Origin: Phycisphaeraceae bacterium
Lineage (GTDB): Bacteria > Planctomycetota > Phycisphaerae > Phycisphaerales > Zrk34
NCBI GenBank assembly: GCA_040905565.1
Contig: JBBDRF010000016.1
Coordinates: forward strand, 1 to 54,257
Direction: 5' to 3'
DNA length: 54,257 nt
Part shown: in pieces, positions 8,050-15,723 of the stretch
How the letters are laid out: each line of letters starts with the position of its first letter
Numbering within the stretch: position 1 is the stretch's first letter
Position numbers and translations under genes: made by a program
Notes under the pieces: generated by a model
The model's input: the letters and a program-made list of their open reading frames with translations, nothing else
The model's database searches: none
Told to the model about the DNA's origin: nothing

Positions 8050-9834
8050 ATGAGTGACGTCACCGAAATCATCGCACAACGCTTCGCCGACGCACTCCAG
8101 CGCGCTTTCGGCAAAGAACACCGCCACGCCGACCCCATCATCCGCCCCTCGGCCAACCCGAAGTTCGGCGACTACCAGGCCAACGGCGCCATGGCCCTCG
8201 CCAAACAGCTGCGCCAGAAGCCTCGCGATGTCGCCCAAGCCATCGTCGACGCACTCGAAATCGACGACCTCGCCACCCCCCCCGAAATCGCAGGCCCAGG
8301 CTTCATCAACATCACCCTGCGTAACGACACGCTCGACCGCATCGCCGCCGACCTGCTCACCGATCCCCGCCTCGGCGTTCCGGCCGCTGCCGAGCCCCGC
8401 CGCGTCGTCGTCGATTATTCAAGCCCCAACGTCGCCAAGGAAATGCACGTCGGGCACCTGCGCTCCACCGTTATCGGCGACGCCGTCGTCCGCACACTCG
8501 CCTTCCAGGGCCACGACGTGATCCGCCAGAACCACGTCGGCGACTGGGGCACGCAGTTCGGCATGCTCATCGAATCCGTCCTCCAGCGCGGCTGGGCCAA
8601 GCCCGACGGCCAGGGCAAAACCGACATCGGCGACCTCAACCGCTTCTATCAGGAAGCCAAGCGACAGTTCGACGCCGACCCCGATTTCGCCGACCGTGCA
8701 CGCCGGCGCGTCGTCCTCCTTCAGCAGGGCGATGAGCAGACGCTCAACATCTGGCGGTACCTCGTCGAACAATCCAAGCACCACTTCCGCGCCATCTACG
8801 ACCGTCTCGACGTGACCCTCACCGAAGACGATATCCGCCCTGAAAGTTTCTATAACGATCAACTCCCCGACGTCGTCACCGAGCTTGAAAACAAGGGGCT
8901 CGCTGAGGAAAGCGACGGTGCCGTCTGCCTCTTCATGCCTCAGTTCCTCGGCACCGACGACAAGCCCCTCCCGCTGATCATCCGCAAGCAGGGCGGCGGC
9001 TTCCTCTACGCCACCACCGACCTCGCCGCCGTACGCCACCGCGTCCGCGATCTCCACGCCGACCGTGTCATCTACGTCACCGATGCACGCCAGAAACAGC
9101 ACTTCGCCATGTTCTTCGAAGCTGCCCGCCTCGCAGGCTGGGTCGAAAAAACCCGCCTCGATCACGTCGTCTTCGGCACCATCCTCGGCGAAGACAACAA
9201 ACCTTTCAAAACACGCTCAGGCGAAACCGTCCGCCTCATCGATCTGCTCGATGAAGCGGAGCAACGCGCCGCCGGCATCATCGCTGAGAAGAACCCCGAT
9301 CTCGACGAAAGCGAGCGGCAGCAGGTCGCCCACGTGGTCGGCATCGGTGCGGTGAAATACGGCGACCTCTCCAGCGATCGCGTCAAAGACTACGTCTTCA
9401 GCTGGGACCGCATGCTCGCCATGGATGGCAACACCGCTCCGTACCTCCAGTACGCCTACACACGCATCCGCTCCATCCAGCGCAAAGCCGCCGAGGCCGG
9501 CGCCACCCCAGCCGCTGCCGGTGCCAACGGCTTTGAGATCGAAGGTGAATCCGTCCAGGGCGTCACCCACGATGCCGAGCGCGCCCTCGTGCTCAAGCTC
9601 ACGCAGTTCGCTTCCGTCGTCGCCGCCGTCGGCGAGCATCTCGAACCGCACCGCATGTGCACCTATCTGTTCGATCTGGCCACAACGTTCAGCAGTTTCT
9701 ACGAACGTTGCCCCGTCCTCCGCGCCGATTCGCCCACCCAGATCAGCACCCGCCTCGCCCTCTGCGACCTCACCGCTGCCACCCTGAAGCAGGCGCTCAA
9801 CCTCCTCGGCATCGACGTCCTCGAACGCATGTAA
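8050..9834 (+). CDS. argS: arginine--tRNA ligase
   Basis: FGDYQANGAM, AGPGFIN, VDYSSPNVAKEMHVGHLRS (HIGH-like), GNTAPYLQYAY, C-terminal LERM. Confidence 0.98.
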   Translation: MSDVTEIIAQRFADALQRAFGKEHRHADPIIRPSANPKFGDYQANGAMALAKQLRQKPRDVAQAIVDALEIDDLATPPEIAGPGFINITLRNDTLDRIAADLLTDPRLGVPAAAEPRRVVVDYSSPNVAKEMHVGHLRSTVIGDAVVRTLAFQGHDVIRQNHVGDWGTQFGMLIESVLQRGWAKPDGQGKTDIGDLNRFYQEAKRQFDADPDFADRARRRVVLLQQGDEQTLNIWRYLVEQSKHHFRAIYDRLDVTLTEDDIRPESFYNDQLPDVVTELENKGLAEESDGAVCLFMPQFLGTDDKPLPLIIRKQGGGFLYATTDLAAVRHRVRDLHADRVIYVTDARQKQHFAMFFEAARLAGWVEKTRLDHVVFGTILGEDNKPFKTRSGETVRLIDLLDEAEQRAAGIIAEKNPDLDESERQQVAHVVGIGAVKYGDLSSDRVKDYVFSWDRMLAMDGNTAPYLQYAYTRIRSIQRKAAEAGATPAAAGANGFEIEGESVQGVTHDAERALVLKLTQFASVVAAVGEHLEPHRMCTYLFDLATTFSSFYERCPVLRADSPTQISTRLALCDLTAATLKQALNLLGIDVLERM

Positions 9835-9865
9835 CCCCCGCGCCGTAACACCCCCCCACACCCCC

Positions 9866-9933
9866 GAAGCCCACGGCGTCCCGCCGTGGGTCTCCCCCCA
9901 ACGCGCAAAGAGCCGCCTTAACCCAAGCCGGTC
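9866..9933. repeat. family B hairpin (9866-9894) plus degenerate family G copy (9910-9933)
   Basis: Direct comparison with 1465-1493 and 685-709. Confidence 0.7.
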
Positions 9934-10040
9934 CGCCGACAGTTATCGGCTGCGCGCGATCCACAAAAACTCCGAAAGTTAAGTAAGGCCTTAACAAAGT
10001 CGAAAGTAGTAATGCAATGACCCCTTTATCAGGAGCGACC

Positions 10041-11108
10041 ATGATTGTTGCGAATGAATGTGCAGGACATGCATGCAGGTGTCGAGGACCCGTCCCCAGC
10101 AGCGAAGCCATCGGCGTCGTGCTCCGCTCCTCCTCACCCGTCGTCAGGTCCAAACTCGCCAAAGCCTTCCAACCTGCCGAAGCAGGCGAAGGCGTCTTCA
10201 AAATCGTCGGCCCAGACTGGTGCGATCAACTCACCGCCTTCTACGCCGCCATCTCCCCGATGGAGCAGCCCACCGTTCGCGCCGCCACCATTAACGCCGC
10301 CGGCTACGCCGATCCCTGGCAGGCCATCCCCCTCGGCCGACTCCTCGAGCGGATGCGCACCCGCTGGTTCCCCTCCCTACTCAACGAGAATCGCCTGCGC
10401 GCCTACCTTCAGCCCATCCTTAACCTGAAGACCGAACGCGTCGCTGCCTTCGAATCACTCGTCCGCGCCGAAGAATGCGACCGTGTCCGCAGCGGCGGCG
10501 AAATCATCGAAGCTGCCCGCGCCCACGACGCCCTCTTCCAGTTCGACCAAAAAGCCCGCGAAATCGCACTACGCCAGGGCGCACTCCAGCTCGCGCCGGG
10601 CGAAAAACTGTTCATCAACTTCTGTCCCACCGTCATCTACGACCCGGACATCTGCTTGCGGAACACCTGGAAAATCGCTGACGAACTCGGCATCGATCTC
10701 TCGCAGGTCGTCTTCGAAGTCGTCGAATCCGAACGCTTCCCTCGCCTCGAACATCTCCGCAAAATCCTCGACGCCTACCGCGACCGCGGCGCGCAGGTCG
10801 CCCTCGACGATCTCGGCGCAGGCCATACCGCCATCAAGTACATCGACGAGCTTCGCCCCGACATCGTCAAACTCGATCGCGAACTGCTCCCCCACGAAGA
10901 GCACGCCGCCGACATCGGGCTCCTCGACGGCTTCGTCGGCTACGCCCGATCGCGCGGCGTCAAGGTCGTCATCGAAGGCATCGAAACCGCCACCCAATAT
11001 CGCATCGCCAAACACGTCGGCGTCGACTACGGACAGGGCTACTTCATCGGCCGACCCGCACCCGTCGCCTCCCGAAAAATCTTCAACGAACTCGCCGTCG
11101 CCAGCTGA
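10041..11108 (+). CDS. EAL-domain protein (probable c-di-GMP phosphodiesterase)
   Basis: YLQPI, FESLVR (ExL), LFINF, FEVVESE, DDLGAG, KLDR, EGIET, QGY; AGGAG RBS before ATG 10041. Confidence 0.92.
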   Translation: MIVANECAGHACRCRGPVPSSEAIGVVLRSSSPVVRSKLAKAFQPAEAGEGVFKIVGPDWCDQLTAFYAAISPMEQPTVRAATINAAGYADPWQAIPLGRLLERMRTRWFPSLLNENRLRAYLQPILNLKTERVAAFESLVRAEECDRVRSGGEIIEAARAHDALFQFDQKAREIALRQGALQLAPGEKLFINFCPTVIYDPDICLRNTWKIADELGIDLSQVVFEVVESERFPRLEHLRKILDAYRDRGAQVALDDLGAGHTAIKYIDELRPDIVKLDRELLPHEEHAADIGLLDGFVGYARSRGVKVVIEGIETATQYRIAKHVGVDYGQGYFIGRPAPVASRKIFNELAVAS

Positions 11109-11136
11109 CCCGCCACGCCCCTCCGCGCGCGCCCCA

Positions 11137-11180
11137 CACATAGCCCCGGCCTCGGCCGGGGTCCCTCACGTGCGCGCCGC
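11137..11180 (+). repeat. 44-bp direct repeat, left copy (family C, contains hairpin CCCCGGCC-TC-GGCCGGGG)
   Basis: Identical to 12639-12682. Confidence 0.95.
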
Positions 11181-11261
11181 TGGCCTGCCGAAAGCATCAT
11201 GGTACGATGTCATCCGCGATCGCCACACAGCACCGCGGAGTGTCAGCGCCAGGAGATAGCA

Positions 11262-11630
11262 ATGCCGCCGATTCCGAGCAGGTGGGGACTATGGCTTGTG
11301 ATCCTGGCCTATCACATTTTCGCGTCACTGCTCATCGTATCGACTGCGATCGTCATCGGTGCGACGGCACTAGGCGCAGGGCCCCACTTCAATGTGCCAG
11401 CTTCTATGGAGCCACTTGAGTCGTTCCTGCTGATCGGCTATCCGATCGTGTTGTGCTTGTGGGGCGTCGTGCTTCTATATGTTGTTCGCCGGCATTCCCA
11501 ACTGGAGGTGAGCAGCCACTTCCGTAAAGAAGTCGTCGCGTTGACATCTATCTGCTTGCTGGCCCTGCCGATTTATGGCATTTGGTATTGGCGGAAAATT
11601 CAATATGGTGCCAACAAATCAAGCGAGTAA
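11262..11630 (+). CDS. hypothetical membrane protein (lower GC)
   Basis: AGGAG RBS before ATG; about 3 TM segments; atypical codon usage. Confidence 0.6.
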   Translation: MPPIPSRWGLWLVILAYHIFASLLIVSTAIVIGATALGAGPHFNVPASMEPLESFLLIGYPIVLCLWGVVLLYVVRRHSQLEVSSHFRKEVVALTSICLLALPIYGIWYWRKIQYGANKSSE

Positions 11631-11666
11631 CTTACGAACTCCGTTCGCACCAGCTTGAGGCTGCCT

Positions 11667-12062
11667 ATGCGATTCAACCAGCAATACCTGCTTTTTGCGA
11701 TGGTCCTGAGTGTCGCGGTGCTTCTGTTGCTTCGGTCGCTTGGGAGCCGATCACCTATCGAGCCTTGGCTCGTGCTGGCTTTCGTCGTTACGCTCGTGGT
11801 CGGGGCCTGCGTGCTGATGACAACGGCGCTTCGTGATCCGGCAGTCGTCGTGCGACCTATCCGTATTACCGCGATTCGACTTCAAGTGGTAGGCATAAAT
11901 GCTGTCGTTGCGGGGCTCGTGATAGGCAGCAGCACCCGGCTTAAACCTCGGACAGGCGCGTGGGAGGTAGACCCACTAGGAGCTATCGTGGTCGGAGCGA
12001 TATCTTACTGTGCGATGCTCGGTGTAGAACTACATGTTTCGAACTCGCGCAAGATTTCGTAG
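11667..12062 (+). CDS. hypothetical membrane protein (lower GC)
   Basis: GAGG RBS; about 4 hydrophobic segments; co-oriented with neighbours. Confidence 0.55.
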   Translation: MRFNQQYLLFAMVLSVAVLLLLRSLGSRSPIEPWLVLAFVVTLVVGACVLMTTALRDPAVVVRPIRITAIRLQVVGINAVVAGLVIGSSTRLKPRTGAWEVDPLGAIVVGAISYCAMLGVELHVSNSRKIS

Positions 12063-12112
12063 AAGTCTATGACCAACTCATGATCCGTATCGAGTGATGC
12101 AAGGGGTAACTG

Positions 12113-12589
12113 TTGAGGCGCATCCTTAAAATCACAGCCGTGGGACTCACGCTTCTGGTTCTCATTCTGCTGGGCGTCGCCTGGCATGTCATTAGCGCGG
12201 AGCGAATGTTGCTCCAGACACTTCGAAGTGGCCATGGCCCGGACCCTAAAAACGTTCAAGTCAGGAGGCATGGCAGACCGTGGGCCAGTTCCTCCGATCC
12301 GGAAGTGCTCGCCTATGTCGGCAACCTGTTGCGAACGGCCAGTGACAAGCGTGACATCGACTCTCTTGATGGCCAGGGTTTGGACGGCACGTTGACGCTC
12401 CACTATTCACTTGGGCGAAGAACGTCTCCACCAATCATGTTCTTTCGGAATGCCGACGCGATGATGATCGTCGCTGGCGAACAATTATCGGGCGACCGAA
12501 CGGGGCATCTTCTATATGTGGTTTTTTTAGATGATGACGCGCCAGACGAGCTTCGGGACATGTTAGGATTCCGAGGCGAGCAGGATTAG
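12113..12589 (+). CDS. hypothetical N-terminally anchored protein (lower GC)
   Basis: TTG start; basic N-terminus, TM helix, then a soluble domain. Confidence 0.55.
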   Translation: MRRILKITAVGLTLLVLILLGVAWHVISAERMLLQTLRSGHGPDPKNVQVRRHGRPWASSSDPEVLAYVGNLLRTASDKRDIDSLDGQGLDGTLTLHYSLGRRTSPPIMFFRNADAMMIVAGEQLSGDRTGHLLYVVFLDDDAPDELRDMLGFRGEQD

Positions 12590-12638
12590 ATGGAGGCGAC
12601 ACCCGCCACGCAGCCCCCTCGGTGCACCGCGCACTCCC

Positions 12639-12682
12639 CACATAGCCCCGGCCTCGGCCGGGGTCCCTCACGTGCGCGCCGC
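12639..12682 (+). repeat. 44-bp direct repeat, right copy (family C)
   Basis: Identical to 11137-11180. Confidence 0.95.
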
Positions 12683-12798
12683 AGCGTCGCCGCGCCCGCA
12701 CCCTCACATAACCCCTCAAAAACCGATACAGCTCATCCGTAACCGACCATAACCCACGCTAATAACCGCCAAACGACGCCCCCATGCGCACCAGCGTG

Positions 12799-13758
12799 TC
12801 ACGCGGGCCAATCCGGCTTTTCGCCCTCAAGCACCCGCAAAACATCACGGACGACCCAGCTCATGTTCCGCATCGCCGTCGTCGTGCGCGACGCCAGGTG
12901 CGGCAGCAACTGCACATTCGCCAAGCCCAACACCGGATAGTCCGCCACGATCGGCTCCGGATCATGCACGTCCAGCACCGCCCGCCCGCCCTTACCCTCA
13001 GCTTCCCGCGCCCAGTCGGCCAGGGAAGCGGGGTCGATCACGAATCCACGTGACGTGTTGATCAGTAGGCACTTACGGTTCAGTTTCGCAAGCAGGGCTG
13101 CGTCGAAAAGGGGCCGATTCTCCGCCCGCCCATCCACGTGAATCGTCAAAATGTCCGAATCACGCAGCAGCGTGTCGCGATCCACACGTTTCGCAGCAAA
13201 GTCCTGTGGCAGCTTCAGTTGTGCATCATCCAGCACATCGTGATAGATCACGTCGCACCCGAACGCCCGGCCGACTCCCGCCATCCGCCGACCGATCCGA
13301 CCCATCCCAAGAACGCCCAGCGTCAAATCCGCAACCTGTTGCCCGACCTGATCTTGCCGATGCTGATGGAACTGTTCCGGCGGCACAAAGCCGGGCAGCC
13401 GAAGCCGTGGCCGCAGGTCGTCGAAGATCAACGCCCAGACATATTCCACCACCGCCTGCGTGTTCGCGTCTGGTGTGTAAACGACTGTCACGTCACGTTT
13501 TGAGCACGCATCAAGATCGATGTTGTCAAGCCCCACCCCAGCCCGCCCCACGACGCGAAGCTTCGGCGCACGATCCAGCAAAGTCTGGTCGACCTGCGTG
13601 TAGGTCCGGACGATAAGTCCATCGGCATCAGAAAGTTCCGCATCCAATCTGGGGGCGTCGGTCAGTGGTGCACGCACCAGTTGACTGCGCTCCGCGAGCC
13701 AGTCGGCACAAACGGTATCCAGGTGCTCGCTGAGGACAATCTTGTGGGGAGCGTTCAT
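12799..13758 (-). CDS. D-isomer-specific 2-hydroxyacid dehydrogenase (SerA-like)
   Basis: GRAGVGLDNID, GVLGMGRIG, LINTSRG, LDVHDPEP, LPHLAS. Confidence 0.92.
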   Translation of the reverse strand: MNAPHKIVLSEHLDTVCADWLAERSQLVRAPLTDAPRLDAELSDADGLIVRTYTQVDQTLLDRAPKLRVVGRAGVGLDNIDLDACSKRDVTVVYTPDANTQAVVEYVWALIFDDLRPRLRLPGFVPPEQFHQHRQDQVGQQVADLTLGVLGMGRIGRRMAGVGRAFGCDVIYHDVLDDAQLKLPQDFAAKRVDRDTLLRDSDILTIHVDGRAENRPLFDAALLAKLNRKCLLINTSRGFVIDPASLADWAREAEGKGGRAVLDVHDPEPIVADYPVLGLANVQLLPHLASRTTTAMRNMSWVVRDVLRVLEGEKPDWPA

Positions 13759-15167
13759 CGGCGCGTCTCTAAATCATGTCTATGTAATAGGTACCATTCT
13801 CGGATGGTGTCGATCTGCTGCATCTGCTCATTCGGTTCCGCCCACGGATTGAAACGCGGCATGTCGGGCAGAAAGTGCGCCAGGACAACGTGGTAGCGAC
13901 CCGTATCCATCAGCACACGCAGACCTTGCGCGCTGCCCGTGCCCGGCTGACCCAGCGGATTCAACAGCCAATCCAGCCCCTCCAACTCGCCCAGCTGCAG
14001 CAGCGCCATGATCACCGTCGAGCGAGGCATCTCACGGTGCAGCAACAGGTTAACAGGATCGAACGGTTCATCAAGCTCGCCCATCATGTGCAGCGCCAGC
14101 CGATAGTGCTGCTTCGCGACCCACTCACTGGTGTTCTCAAATCGTGTGCGGACCATGCTTTGCAGCTCATCATCGTGCGGCAGCAGCGCGGCCAGAATCA
14201 CGCCCGACCACCGGTGGGGCTCATTGAACGAGCCGATCAGCTCACGCGCAAGTACTTTCAGTTCATCAGGTTCGAATCGCCTCAGGGCGATGACCGTCGC
14301 CAGTTCGCGAAGCGTCGGTTGCTCAGCCTGGAAGACCGGCAGCAGGTCCAGCGGGTCGGCGTCGCGACTGACACGGACGAGGTGCAAACGAATCAACAAC
14401 GGCGTCCCCCGCTCCAGATCAGGCGAACCCGCAACCGACGCATCATCAAGCACTTCCAACTCGTAAAGCCGACGCATCACGCCCTCCCGATCATCCGTCT
14501 CCGGCTCTGTTCGAGGCCCGGCGGCGGGGGAGGAAAGCAATTTCAGTAGCAGCTGGGCGCGGTCGGCGACGGCGGGGGCGGGATCGCCGCGAAGGGCGGT
14601 CAGGTGCTCGCTTCGCGTGGGCTCGGGGAGGACCGCTGCGAGGGAGAGACCGTTGAGCCGGACCTTGGGGAAGTCGTCCGTAAGTAACATATCAATCGCA
14701 TCTTGCATCCGTTCGTCGTCGTGTCCGCGTTGGCGTTGGTAGACGATGCGGGCGAGGGCGACGGCGATCCCGGCCCGCTGAGATTCGGTCGCCTCGGGCA
14801 GCCGCATGGTGAGATGACGCACGTAAGCGGAGCCGAACTCAGGCCCCCAGACGCCGCCTGCGTCAAGGCCGGCGACGATGGCTTGAAAACACTTATCTTC
14901 AGCAGTGGTCATGAGTTGTCGGGCGTGGTTCATGACCTGTTCATCGTCGACATGCCGGGCGAGGTAGCCGACGGCGTACTGGCGTTTCTGGGGATCGTCC
15001 GAGCACAGGCGGTACATAAAGGTCAGCCTGACAAAGTCTTCCGTGAAGAAGATGGCCACGGCCGACCCCAGCGTCAGCATGACCGTCAGACTCAGCAGCA
15101 GCCAGGCGACGGCGCGATGGCGGCGAGGCTTGGGCGGGGCAGCGGTCATGGTGGCGGGAGAAGTCAT
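13755..15167 (-). CDS. membrane-anchored HEAT-repeat-like protein
   Basis: N-terminal TM; LLTDDFPKVR and LRGDPAPAVA HEAT-like motifs; ATGA overlap with the downstream dehydrogenase. Confidence 0.7.
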   Translation of the reverse strand: MTSPATMTAAPPKPRRHRAVAWLLLSLTVMLTLGSAVAIFFTEDFVRLTFMYRLCSDDPQKRQYAVGYLARHVDDEQVMNHARQLMTTAEDKCFQAIVAGLDAGGVWGPEFGSAYVRHLTMRLPEATESQRAGIAVALARIVYQRQRGHDDERMQDAIDMLLTDDFPKVRLNGLSLAAVLPEPTRSEHLTALRGDPAPAVADRAQLLLKLLSSPAAGPRTEPETDDREGVMRRLYELEVLDDASVAGSPDLERGTPLLIRLHLVRVSRDADPLDLLPVFQAEQPTLRELATVIALRRFEPDELKVLARELIGSFNEPHRWSGVILAALLPHDDELQSMVRTRFENTSEWVAKQHYRLALHMMGELDEPFDPVNLLLHREMPRSTVIMALLQLGELEGLDWLLNPLGQPGTGSAQGLRVLMDTGRYHVVLAHFLPDMPRFNPWAEPNEQMQQIDTIREWYLLHRHDLETRR

Positions 15168-15430
15168 GTGCGTATCTTATCGGCACAGAGGGGCGAGGTG
15201 GGGATTGGGATGGCGTGTTGCGTAAGTGACGGGATGGCAATGAGATCTGCGATCTGCGATGGCCCGGCAACGGGAAGGGGGGCGGGCATTTGGGGTCCGT
15301 CGGGGTTATACGTTCAAGCGAAGATTGGGGGTGAGTCGATGCTCCAGACGCAGAGATTGCCTAATCGTTACAACCGGACCAGTCAGCCTTGCAGTGCGGC
15401 ACCGTGGGGTGCTTCGAGAAGAGGAATATT

Positions 15431-15625
15431 ATGAGCAAACAACAGATCATCGACGCGATTCGGGAGCATAACCCTGGGGCAGGCATGGATTTCCTGTCAC
15501 GCTTCGACACCGCCGCTTTGTTCCGTTACCTCGATCGTCTGCGTTACATGCATTCGCCTCGCGACGAGCAGCCGATGTGGGTGCGGTTCGCCGAGACGCC
15601 TGCGGTGGTGACGCGTTCACGCTGA
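15431..15625 (+). CDS. small hypothetical protein
   Basis: GAGGA RBS before ATG 15431; 64-aa helical-looking ORF MSKQQIIDAIREHNPGAGMDFLSRFD. Confidence 0.65.
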   Translation: MSKQQIIDAIREHNPGAGMDFLSRFDTAALFRYLDRLRYMHSPRDEQPMWVRFAETPAVVTRSR

Positions 15626-15723
15626 GCAGATCTTCATAAGTGCGTGCAACCGAGCAGCCGATCCCGGTGTAGGATGAGTGGGACGCGTTGTCGGGGAATG
15701 TACGCACTTATGGAGGTTGTCGG

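Noticed and set aside
11630..12120. Possible integron attC sites between the three lower-GC ORFs
   Set aside because: The gaps are 36 and 50 nt and contain no complementary RYYYAAC...GTTRRRY pair; no IntI-type integrase is present.
14680..14712. dif-like sequence (ATATGTTACTT on the minus strand) near the skew switch
   Set aside because: Only a partial XerD-arm resemblance, no XerC arm, and it lies in coding sequence.
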